Source: Squalus acanthias (Eukaryota). Taken from it: DNA of 64,000 nucleotides. Made by a program: the position numbers and the translations under genes. Below the pieces are notes generated by a model. It searched no databases. It was not told the origin of the DNA and saw only the letters and a list, made by a program, of their open reading frames with translations. Below are positions 1 through 11,121 of the stretch, in pieces (position 1 is the stretch's first letter; every line of letters begins with the position of its first letter). The stretch covers positions 156,242,001 to 156,306,000 of the forward strand of contig CM059431.1 of the NCBI GenBank assembly GCA_030390025.1, read 5' to 3'.

Positions 1-786
1 ATGTTTGTCTTTTCCAGAGACTCCAGCTGCCACGGCCGGCTTGTGATCAGTACTGAGCAGCCCTTGAGCAACTCTCCCTGTATGAGACAGCGCACGATGT
101 CTGACACATCAGAGCAGCACTCGGGATCGAAACTCTGATATTGGGGGTCGTTGAAGATCTGTGAATTCGATGGGTTGCCGAAATTCATCTAAATCATCAA
201 AGATAAACAATATACCTCCGGGTTCTTTCCACAAAAGTTCAAACGCAGTTTCGAAATCGGGGTAGGAATCCAGGATCAGGATATTTAGACTTGTTTTTCC
301 TTTTATCAAATTCAATTGTTGAACGCTAAAAGGAAAGACAACTTTAAACTGTTGGTATATATTCCCTCCGGTGCAGTCACTGATTATCTTCTGTATCAAG
401 GTGCTTTTTAAATCCCTGCGGCCCCAATTATCGCAGTTGTCCCAGAGCTTCCTGTTTTAGCGAAACTCAACAATTGGTCCAGCTGAATCTCTTCCAGTTC
501 ATCCTCGATGTTTTTCCTCTGTTATTCTTCACGCTCTCTACCTCGGGCCTTCAGTTCATTTTCTACCAGTCTCCGCTCACGCACGGAAGCAACAATCGTT
601 GCTTTAGTATATTTTTCATCCAGAAAAAATCTTCGAAATCTTTATTTTCCTCCAGTGGTTTTGACTGTTATTTTTTCGTCATGTTTGCGGAGAGTGTCTT
701 TGTGCTGTCGTTCTATCTCTTGAATATGAACAACGTCATTGGTGTATTCATTGTAATTCAGGAGACACATATTTATCAGATCAGTG
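1..786 (-). pseudogene. NACHT-domain exon of an NLR (NLRC3/NLRP-like) pseudogene; continues beyond window start
   Basis: Minus-strand translation gives ...TTAIIGAAGI/KSTLIQKI (Walker A GxxGxGKS, broken by a 1-nt loss at ~410), GGILFIFDDLDEF (Walker B) and, after a second frameshift near 130, DVSDIVRCLIQGELLKGCSVLITSRP (sensor 1). Upstream FISNA-like region IERQHKDTLR...YTKATIV...RERRLVENELKARGRE has in-frame TAA at 642-644 and 522-524. Candidate acceptor tttctccttcatag before 786. Confidence 0.9.
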
Positions 787-1734
787 CTATGAAGGAGAAA
801 CTAATCGTTAAGAAATATAAAATATATATAAAATATCTCAGCAATGAGTGATCCCTTAATTATTTTACACATTATTGCCCAGACACACATAGAATAAAAA
901 AAATAGAATTTCTGAAGTACCACGAAAATTTAGCATGAAGCAAGATTGAGGATTGTGGGCCGTTTGCTTTTGGATTTTGAGCTTCTGGGAATGAACATTT
1001 CTAAACTTCCATATAAATTGCAAAAAAAGTAAATCTGATTAAATTGCTGGAATTTTATATTCACAGATCAACATGGGTTATGAACGACTCCTTGGTTCGT
1101 GGTGTAACAAACGATGTTGGCGAACGCGGGTCCGGGCAGAAAAGGAGTTCCTTCATTATAATCTAACCTCGGGGATTCTATTTTTTCTGATTCTGCTGCT
1201 CAATGCTTTAACCGTTTGACACATTTTAGTGGCCAGCGGAGCCCGCAGGAGACTCCGGCGTCAGAGCAGTGGGGAGAATCGCAGAGACCCAGAGAAGGAG
1301 AACCGAAGAAAATCCATCATTTTACTGTTTGTTATGTCGAGAAATTTCATATTGTTATGGCTTTTATGGTGTATTATATTTGGTGGCGACCGCGGCTTAT
1401 TCAGTATCAGTCTATATTATGACCTAGTTTTTTTTTAACAAGAAGTTTGCTATTCTCTTCTATCTATATCTGAACACACACACAACAATTTACATGTTTA
1501 TATACCTAAAATACAGATGTAACCATACATTAGTATCAAAATATGAATTTAACATATTTTAAAGTGCAGTGGAGATTTATTACAACCACAAATACTAGTA
1601 AAGTCCATGTGGAAACCTCCGCTCCCAATAGATAAAAGCATTATGAGAACACAGCAGGACAGAAACGGTGCGCCGTGGCTTCAGTGTATACTATCTACAA
1701 GATGCACTGCGGCAACTCGTTAAGGTTTCATCGT

Positions 1735-2041
1735 CATCACCTCCTAAAAACGCGATCTCTACCACCTAGAAGGGCAAGGGCAGCAGGCGCATGGGAACAC
1801 CATCACTTCCAAGTTCTCCTCCAAGTCACACACCTTCCTGATTTAGAAGTATATGGCCGATCATTTATCGTCGCTGGGTCAAACTCCCGGTACTCCCTAC
1901 CTAACAGCATTGTGGGAGCACCTTCATCACACGGACTGCAGCGGTTCAAGAAAGCGGCTCACCACCACCTTCTCAAGGATAATTAGGGATGGGCATTAAA
2001 TTCTGGCGATGCCAGCGACGCCCACATCCCTTGAATGAATA
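1735..2041 (+). mobile_element. 3' end of a CR1/L2-group LINE (5'-truncated)
   Basis: Terminal coding stretch (...SRYSLPNSIVGAPSSHGLQRFKKAAHHHLLK) followed by 3' UTR aattagggatgggcattaaat...tgaatgaat and a (TA)n tail. Confidence 0.7.

Positions 2042-2072
<31 letters not shown>
2042..2072. repeat. (TA)n microsatellite
   Basis: Directly visible. Confidence 0.95.
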
Positions 2073-2073
<1 letters not shown>

Positions 2074-2114
2074 TGAAGCACAGGTCCAGAAAATTATTCT
2101 ATAACTGTTTTCGA

Positions 2115-2400
2115 AGATGATCTGTGGTTTCAGGTTATATTTCACAGTGTATGACGATCATGCCAGGTGTGTCTGGGGTTTAACAGTGTATCATGATACT
2201 GACTGGTGTTTATGGGGTTTCAACGTACATCCAGATCTTGCAAGGATGTATGCGGTTTCACAATATATCGGAATATGCCAGGTGCGTGTGGGCTTTCAAA
2301 GTCTCTCGGTAACCTGCCAGGAATGTATTGTGTTTCACGTTTAGTCCGGATCATATAAGCTATCTACGGGCTGAACAGGGTATAAGAATCCTGCCAGGTG
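2115..2400. repeat. Degenerate ~39-bp tandem repeat (cacagtgtatcatgatcctgccaggtgtgtatggggttt-like); resumes at ~10388-10613 and ~10970-11120
   Basis: Recurring cagtgtat...gatcctgccaggtgt...ggggttt motif on both sides of the 2401-10387 TE stack. Confidence 0.7.
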
Positions 2401-3589
2401 TCATAGAGTCATAGAGTCATTCGGCACAGAAGGAAGCCATTCGGCCAATCGTGTCCATGCCGGCTCTCTGTAGAGCAATCCACTCAATCCCATTCCCCCG
2501 CTCTATCACCGGAGCACAGCAAGTTTATTTCCCTCAAGTGATTATCCAGTCTCCCCTTGAACACATTGAGTGTCTCTGCTTCCATCAATTCCGTCCGCAG
2601 CGAGTTCCAGATCATCACCATCCGCTGTGTAAAAAAGTTTTTCCTTCAAACCCCCCTGTTTCTCTTGCGCAAAACCTCAAATCTGTGTCCCCTAGTCATT
2701 GTACCATCAATAAGTGGGAACAGCCTTTCCTCGTCTAGCCTATCCAAAACCGTCATAATATGGTACACCTTTATCAAAGCACGCCTCAACCTCCTTTGCT
2801 CTAATGAAAACAAATCCAGCTTCTGAAACATGTCACGGAAGCTAAGATGTCTCATCCACTGAATCATTTTGGTAAATCTCCTCTGCAACCTCTCAAGGGC
2901 CTTCACATCCTTCCTAAAGTGTGGTGAACAGAACTGGACGCAATACTCCAGTTATGGCCTTACCAGTGCTTTATAAAGGTTCAGCATAAACTCTCTACTT
3001 TTGTAATCAATACCTCTATTTATGAAGCCCAAGATCCGATATGCTTTGCTAACCATTCTCTCAATAGGTCCTGCCACCTTCAGGGACCTATGCACATTAA
3101 CTCCCAGGTCTATCTGTCCCTACACACTCTTTAAAACTGTGCCATCAAGTGTATATTGCCTCTCCCTGTTCCTTCTGCCAAAATGCATCACCTCACACTT
3201 CTATTTAATAAATTCCATCTGCCACTTGTCTGCCTATTCTGCTAGACTTTCTATGACCTGTTGCAGTCGATTGGCATCTTCCTCACTGTTTGCCATACCC
3301 CCAAGCTGGTGTCATCGGCAAATATAGAAATTCAACTCTGTATTCCAAAATCCAGGTCATTTATATATATCATAAAAAAGCAGTAGCCCCAGCACTGACA
3401 TTTAGGAACACTACTGCCTACCATTCTCGAGTCTGAAAAACAGCCATTTACCTAATTCGCTGATGTCTGTCCTTAAGACAATTCCGAATCCAAGCTGCCA
3501 CTTACAAACACATTCCATGAGCCTCAATTGTGTTAACCAACCTTCTACGTGGTACTTTGTCAAACGCCTTCCGAAAATCCATTTATGAA

Positions 3590-5333
3590 TTATTAAAATG
3601 CATCCAGGTGAGCTTCTTGATCCAGCTTGTAGAAAGTCCTACAAGAGAGGGGGCGGTACTGGACCAAAATCCACGGAATGTAGCCGGGCAAGTGTGAGAA
3701 GTGTCAGTAGGAGAGCATTTTGGTGACAGTGATCATAATTCGGTTGGATTTAAGTAGTCATGGAAAAGGACAAAGTTGGACCGGAAATAAAGTTTCTAAA
3801 GGGGGAAGGCCGATTTTAATATGTTAAAGCAGGATCAGGCCAAACTGGACTGGGATCAGCTACTTGTAGGAAAATCCACATCAGAGCAGTGGGAGTCATT
3901 CAGAAAGGAAATAGAGAGAGTACAGTGCCAACATGTTCACGTAAATGTCAAGTTTTGACCAACAAGTCCAGGGAACCCTGGATGTCAAGGGATATACAAG
4001 AATGGATTAAGAAAAAAAGGGAAGCTTTTGGCAGATACAAAGGACTAAAACAGCGGATGCCCTAGAGGAGTATAGAAAGTGCAGGGGGGGGGTAATTAAA
4101 AGAGGAATTAGGAGAGCGAAGAGGGGGCATGAAAAAACATTGGCAGGCAAAATAAAGGAAAATCTCAAGATGTTTTATAAGTATATTAAGGTCAAGAGGA
4201 TAACCAGGGGAAGAGTGGGGCCCATTAGGGAGCAAAGTGTCAATTTGTGTATAGAGCAGGAAGAGGTAGGTGAGGTTTTAAATGAATATTTTGAATCTGT
4301 GTTCGCTATGGAGAAGGACGATGTAGGCATAGAAATCAGGCAGGGGGATTGTGATATACTTGAACAAATTAGCATTGATAGGGAGGAGTTACTAGCGGTT
4401 TTAGCGGGCTTAAAAGTGGATACATCCCCAGGCTCAGACGAGATGTATCCAAGGCTGCTGTGTGAGTCAAGGGAGGAGATTGCCGGGGCTCTGACACCAA
4501 TTTTCAGATCCTCTCTGGCTAAAGGGGTGGTGCCAGAGGCTTGGAGGACAGCTAACGTAGTACCATTATTCAAGAAGGGTACTAGTGAAAAACGAAGGAA
4601 TTACAGGCTAGTGAGTCTACCATCAGTGGTAGGGAAATTATTGGAAACAATTCTGAGGGACAGAATTTGTCTCCACTTGGAGAGGCAAGGATTAATCAAG
4701 GACAGTCAGAATAGCTTTGTCAGGGGGAGATCGTGTCTAACCACATTTATTGAAATTTTCGAGTTTGTGACTAGGTGTGTGGATGAGGGTAATGCAGCTG
4801 ATGTATTCAACCTGAACGTCATTCAGGCTTTTGAAAAAGTCCCGCATGGGAGACTGGTCAAGAACATAAGAGCCCATGGGATCCATGGCAATTTGGCACA
4901 TTGGATCAAAAATTGGCTTAGTGACAGAGGGTGATGGTCGAAGGTTGTTTTTGTGACTGGAAGTCTGTGTCCAGTGGTGTAACCCAGGGATCGGTGCAGG
5001 GCCCCTTGCTGTTTGTAGTGTACATTAATGATTTAGATATGAATGTAGGAGGTATTATCGGTAAATTCGCAGATGACACGAAAATTGTTGGAGTGGTAAA
5101 TAGCGAGGAAGGAAGCCTCAGGCTACAGGATGATATAGACGGGTTGGTTAGATGGGCAGAACAGTGGCAAATGGAATTTAACCCTGAAAAATGTGAGGTG
5201 ATGCATTTTGGGAGGACTAACAAGGCAAGGTAATACACAATGGATGTTAGGACCCTAGGAAGGACAGCGGATCAGAGGGATCTTTTGGGTGCATGTACAT
5301 AGATCTCTGAAGGTAACAGGAGAGGTAGATAAC
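3590..5333 (+). mobile_element. CR1 LINE ORF2 fragment, 3' end missing
   Basis: ORFs 4140-4934 and 4931-5233: SPGSDEMYPRLL, WRTANVVPLFKKG, QGSVQGP, KFADD. Confidence 0.9.
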
Positions 5334-6225
5334 GGGGTAGAAATTAGTTCGCGCCCCATTTGGGGCGCAAATATCGTCTGGACGCAAATATTAGCGCCTG
5401 GCGCTAATTATCGGCACTGACTGGAAACTTAACTTTTACCGTCCCGGGAGGTGAGTGGAGCACTAAAGCAGGCGCTGCACACCTGTCTTAAGGCGCAAAG
5501 GCCAAGGAGGGAGGCGCTAACTCAGAGCGCTGGCGAAGCTCATGTAATGTCAGTCAGCAATGGAACACACACACAATGGCACGGGCCAGTTCTTAAAGGG
5601 GATGGTTAATCTTGCTTTCCATCCACATCCTGTTCATTGCAGCCTTGAAACTCGGCCTGGAGAGACTTGCACATCAAATGTGCTGGAAAGAACAATGGAG
5701 AGTACCAGGCAAAGAGCTCAGAGTGCAGCTCCCACAGTCTCTGCTAAATCGATACAAGGAATGGCAAATCAAAATGAACCTGCAAAGTGCAGCTCAGTAC
5801 CCAAAACTCCTTCACACAACGTTGAATCTCTCCAGAAGTCTCTCCCTCTCTCTCTCAGAATGCATAGTTCAAAAATGCCACCAACAATAAAAGACAGGAA
5901 GAGGCCCCCTTTAAATAGCGCCCCCCCCAGCCGCACAGCGATTGATAGCGTTCCAGTCTTCTGGTCGTTGGATGCGCCAGGCGGTAAGGCAGGGGGCGCC
6001 ACTCAATTTCTGCTCCGGGGCGCCACAAGGGCGTTGCACCATGGAATGACGTCATAATCTGCGCGCGCAGGTGGTCGCAGCGGTAAGTTTTAGCGCCGCC
6101 GCACAATCTCAAGTTAAGTTCTCGAGCGGCGCAAACATCGCTGCGCCCGGGCGTTAGCGGTTTGCGCCCCATTAGCGCCCTCTTAGGGCACTAACGGGAG
6201 GCGCAACCAACTGAATTTTTACCCC
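5334..6225 (-). mobile_element. Non-autonomous Harbinger element (internal-deletion relative of 33929-38334)
   Basis: TIRs ggggtagaaatt...aatttttacccc. Both subterminal regions align to the ends of the autonomous element in opposite orientation. Confidence 0.9.
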
Positions 6226-6227
6226 AT

Positions 6228-7142
6228 GGTGGAAAAATTCAGTTGGTTGCGCCTCCCGTTAGCGCCTTAAGAGGGCGCTAATGGGGCGCAAAGCATCTAG
6301 CGCCCAGTCGCGGCGAGGTTTGCGCCGCTCGCGAAATTAACTAGACATTTTGCGGCGGCGCTAAACACTACCGCCACGATCTCCTGCGCATGCAGATCGT
6401 GACGTCACTCGAGTGCGCAACGCCCCGGTATCGCCCCGATATCGCCCCGATATCGCCACGGAGCGGATATTGAGGGGCGCCCCCTGCCTTACCGCCTGAC
6501 GATAGCAACGACAGGTTGAGGGGGGCGTTCTGTAGTCATGAAGGGAAAGGGGGAGTGCTATTTAAAGGTGACCGCTTCCTGCCTTTTATTGTTGGTGCCA
6601 TTTTTGAACTACGCATTTTGAGAGAGAGAGGGAGAGACTTCTGGAGAGATTCAACGTTGGGTGAAAGAGTTTTGGGTACTGAGCAGCACTTTGCAGGTTC
6701 ATTTTGATTTGCCATTCCTTGTATCGATTTAGCAGAGAGTGTGGGGGCTGCACTCTGAGCTCTTTGCCTGGTACTCTCCATTGTTCTTTCCAGCACATTT
6801 GATGAGCAGGTCTCTCCAGGCCGAGATTCAAGGCTGCAATGAGCAGGATGTGGATGGAAAGCAAGATTAACCATCCCCTTTAAGAACTGGCCCGTGCCAT
6901 TGTGTGTGTGTTCCATTGCTGACTGACATTACATGAGCTTCGCCAGCGCTCTGAGGTAGCGCCTCCTTCCTCGGCCTTTGCGCCTTAAAACAGGTGTGAA
7001 GCGCCTGATATAGCGCTGCAATCACCTCCAGGGGCGATAAAAGTCAAGTTTGCAGTCGGTGGCGATAATTAGCTCCAGGCACTAATCTTTGCGCCCGGCC
7101 GATAATTGTGCCCCAAATGGGGCGATACTGAATTTCTCCCCC
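6228..7142 (+). mobile_element. Second non-autonomous Harbinger element, inverted relative to 5334-6225
   Basis: ggtggaaaaattcagttgg...aatttctccccc; reverse-complement copy of its neighbour (the spurious MEHTHNG ORFs are mirrored). Confidence 0.9.
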
Positions 7143-7236
7143 TATGACTCTTTCCATTGCATTCACTTCATCAATCCTTTGTTAATTCATCAAAAAATTC
7201 AATTAGATTAGTCAAGCACGATCTGACTTTTACAAA

Positions 7237-8856
7237 AGCAAAATACTGCTGATGCTGGAAATCTGAAATAAAACAGAAAATGCTGGAAATACTCAGCATG
7301 TTAGGCAGCATCTGTGGAGAGAGAAACTGAGTTAAACTGGAAAAAGCTGGAGATGGAGCAGGTGTTTAAGCAAGTGCAGGGGCTGGAAAATGGGGAAGGG
7401 GATGAAAGAACAAAATTGAAGATCTGTGATAGAATGGAAGGCAGGAGCTATTACGAGACAGTAAGGGAGATTAAGAGATTGTGCAAGGCAAAAGGAGATG
7501 CTCATGGGACAAGTAAAGAAACAATAAATGACTGAGATGAATTGTAAATGGCACTGGCAGAATTAAATACTGCTGCCATGTGGGAGAGAGAAAAAAAATA
7601 AACAAAATAAATGGAAAAATAGGATAGTGCCAGAGGTTACGGTCTGAAATAGGTGAACGCTATGTTGAATCCAGAGGATATAAGTTCCTAATTGAAACGT
7701 GAGGTGCTGTTCCTCGAGCTTGCGTTGAGCTTTATTGGAACAGTGTAAGATGCCGAGGACGGTGAAGTCTGAGTGGGAGTGGAGAAGAAAATTAAAGTGA
7801 TAGGCGACCGGAAGCTCGGGGGTCACCGTTAAGGACTGACCGGAAGTGTTCAGCAAAGCGGTCACCCAATCTGCGTTTGGTTTCCCCAATGTAGAGGATA
7901 CCGCATCGTGAGCAGCGAATACAGTATACTAAATTTGAAGAAGTACAAGTAAATCGCTGTTTCACCTGGCAGGAGTGTTTGGGGCCCTGAACAGTGGGAC
8001 GGGTGAAGGTAAAAGGGCATGAGTTGCATCTCCAGCGCTTGCAAGGGAAGTAGGTGGGCGAAGTGGAAGGGGTGTTTGGGGTGATAGAGGAGCAGATCAG
8101 GGTGTCACGGAGGTAGCGATCCCTTACGAAAGCTCAAAGGGGAGGTGAGGGGAAGATGTGTTTGGTGGTGGGATCATGCTGGAGGTGGCGGAAATGGCAG
8201 AGGATGATCTGTTGAATTTGAAGGCTGGTGAGCGGAAAGGTGATACAAGGGGAAATCAATCGTGGTTCCGGGGGGGAGGGGAAGGGGTGAGAACGGAATT
8301 GCGTGAAATAGAAATAACACTGTCAAGGGCCGTGTCAACGACAGTAGAGTGAAATCCTCGGTTAAGGAAAAAGGAAGACATATCGGAAGCAATGGTATGG
8401 AAGGTGGCTTCGTCAGAGCAGATGCGGCGGCGAGGGACAAACTGGGAGAATGTAATAGAGTCCTTACAGGAAGCAGGATGGGAGGAAGATTTTCTCTCTC
8501 CCACGTGGCAGCTGTCTTTCATTCTACCAGTGCCATTTACACATCATCTGGAGCCATTTTTTGTTTCTTTACTTGTCCCATTACCATCTCCTTTTGTCTT
8601 GAACAATCTCTTAACCTCTCTTAATGTCTCTTATTCTCTCCTGAATTCCATCCTATCACAAACCTTCGCTTTTGTTCTTTACTCCCCTCCCCCGCTTTCT
8701 CAGCCCCTGCACTTGCCTAAAAACCTGTCCCATCTCCTGCTTTTTTCCAGTTCCAACGGAGGGTCATCGACCTGCAACGTTAACTTTGTTTCTCTCTCCA
8801 AAGATGCTGCCTGACCTGTTGAGTATTTCTAGCATTTTCTGTTTTTATTTCTGCCA
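7237..8856 (-). mobile_element. Penelope-like element: GIY-YIG endonuclease remnant plus inverted pseudo-LTR (~8490-8856)
   Basis: Minus-strand NLVYCIRCSRCGILYIGETKRRLGDRFAEHF at ~7845-7935. pLTR ends at 7237 and 8856 face opposite ways. 8-bp TSD tttacaaa at 7229-7236 and 8857-8864. Confidence 0.85.
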
Positions 8857-10613
8857 TTTACAAATCCGTGTTGGCTCTCCTTAATTAGCTTCAACCTCTC
8901 CAATTGCCCGTTAATGTTTTTCTTTATTATTGCTTCTAAACCTTTACCCACTACTGATGTTAAACTGTCGGGCCTGTATTTACTAGGATTGTCCTTACAC
9001 CCTTTCATTGAACAATGCTGTCACAGTTGCCAATTTCCAATCATCAAGCCCTCCCCCGCATCTGGGGCAGTTTGGAAAATTATGGCAAGCGCTTCCGCTA
9101 TCTCGTCCCACAATTCCCTTAACAACATGGGATTCAAGCCATCTGGATCAGGCGACCTGTCCACTCTAAGCATACCAAACCTTTTCTGGTACATCTTGTC
9201 AATCAATTTTCACCCCTTCCATTGCTTCTAACTTTTCCACTTCTACCAATATTTTATCAGCATCCACCTCCTTATTAAACACCGATACAAAGTACTCATT
9301 GAGTATTATATCCTTGCCCTGCACCTCTAAGCATATATCACCTTCTTTTTATCGCATAGGCCCCATCCCGCCTCTTACTACCTGCTTACTGATTTCATGC
9401 CGGTAGAAGATTTTTGGTTCTCTTTTATGTTAACCGCCATTCTACTGTCATATTCTCCCTTTGCCAATCTTATTTTCATTTTCACTTCCCCTCTCAACTT
9501 ATTGTATTTTGTCTGGTCCTCCCTTGAAGAATTCACCTGACATGCATCATACACGCCCTTTTTTGTGTTATCATCTTCCCTATCTCCCACGTCATCCAAG
9601 GAGCTGTTACTTTGGTTCCCTTACCATCCCTCTTCTTGGAATGTACCTGAAACATTTCCTCCTTAAAGATCACCCATTGTTCCATTAATGTTTTTCCTGT
9701 CAGTCTTTGGTTCCATTTTATCCTGGCTAGATCCTTTCGCATCCCATTGAAGTTAGCACGATTCCAGTGTCGAATTCCCACTCTAGATTGTTCCTTGATC
9801 CTCTCCATTGCTCATCTAATCCTTATGATACGATGATCACTCGTACGCAAATGTTCTCCCACAGACATTTGGTCAACCTGGCCCACCTCGTTTCCCATCA
9901 CCAGATCCAGCAATGCCTACTTCCCAGTTGGTCCAAGAATATGTTGGTCAAGGAAATTTTCCTGAACACATATCAGAAATTCCTCCCCCTCCTTTCCCTT
10001 TACGCAAGTATTATTTCAATCGATATTTGGGTAATTAAAGTCCCCCAATATCACCTCTCTGTAGACTTTGCATATCTCTGCGGTATCACTGCAGATTTGC
10101 TCATCTACCCCCTTCTCACTATTTTGAGGACTATAGAATACCCCCAAATAGCATGATCATACGCTTTATGATCCTCTACTCTAACCAAATGGACAATGTC
10201 CTTGTCCTCTCAAGAACATCCTCCCTTTCCAACACTACAATGGCTTCCTTAATCAACACTGCCACCCCAACTCCGTTTTTTTCTTCCTTATCTTTTCTGA
10301 ACACCTTGTACCCTTGAATATTAAGTGTCCAGTCCTCACGGTTTTAAGCCATGTTTCCGTTATTGCCAGAACATCATATTTCTACACGGGGCTTCAGATA
10401 GTAACGGGATTCTGAGAAATGTATCTGGGGTTTTAAAGTGCATCATGATCCTGCCATATGTTTAATGGTTTTGCTGCATATCGGGAATCCTTGCAGGTGT
10501 ACTTTTGGTTACACAGTGTATGGGGATCGTGACATTTGCGTTTGTGGTTTCACAGAATATCCGGCTCCTACCATAGTGTCTATGCGGTTTCACGGCCTAT
10601 TGGGTTCATGCTA

Positions 10614-10967
10614 CGCGATAGCAAAATATTGCGAATGCTGGAAATCCGAAATAACAACAGAAAACGCTGGAAAAACTCAGCAGGCCAGGCAGCATCCGTG
10701 GAGAGAGAAAGAGAGTTAACGTTTCAGGTCGATGACCTTTAATCAGAACTGGGAAGAGCCGGAAATCAAATAGATTTAAGGCCAGGGTAAAGCTGGGAAA
10801 AGGGGGAGGGGATAAAGGAACAAAGGGGGAGATGAAGATAAATTAAGAGACATTAAGAGATATGCAAGGCTAGAGGTGGTGTTAATGTGACAGATTAAGG
10901 CTGAATGACGTGTGAAATCCACTGGCAGAATGAAGGACAGCTGCCAACTTCTAGGAGGAAAAAAAAA
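10614..10967 (-). mobile_element. Solo Penelope pseudo-LTR with degenerate hammerhead-like core
   Basis: Similar to the 7237 end. Minus strand ctgatta-aaggtcatcgacct-gaaacgttaac. 11-bp TSD ggttcatgcta at 10603-10613 and 10968-10978. Confidence 0.8.
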
Positions 10968-11121
10968 GGTTCATGCTAGGTGCATATGGGTGTTCAAAGT
11001 GCATCAGTATTCTGCCAGGTGTGTATGGCCTTCCAGTGTATCACGATTCTCTTAGGTGTTTATGGGGTTTCACGGTTTATCTGGATACTCACAAGTGTTT
11101 ATGGGTCTTCAAAGTACATCA

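Larger units (their letters stand above)
2401..10387 (-). mobile_element. Degraded CR1 LINE in three pieces (2401-3587, 7143-7236, 8857-10387)
   Basis: (tcatagag)n tail at 2401 and RT C-terminus KALERLQRRFTKMI. ..DFRKAFDKVP at ~3585 continues from ..SCLTNLIEFFDE..NAME at ~7145-7230. APE endonuclease remnants to ~10380. Confidence 0.85.

Noticed and set aside
474..851. Plus-strand hydrophobic 125-aa ORF
   Set aside because: Antisense shadow of the NLR exon
5560..6916. Mirrored ORFs MEHTHNG... and MLSIHIL...
   Set aside because: Incidental frames in non-autonomous Harbinger subterminal DNA
10715..10750. Active hammerhead in this pLTR (and at ~8752-8785)
   Set aside because: Core is mutated (CUGAUUA; CCAACGG...GCAA), so it is unlikely to be catalytic
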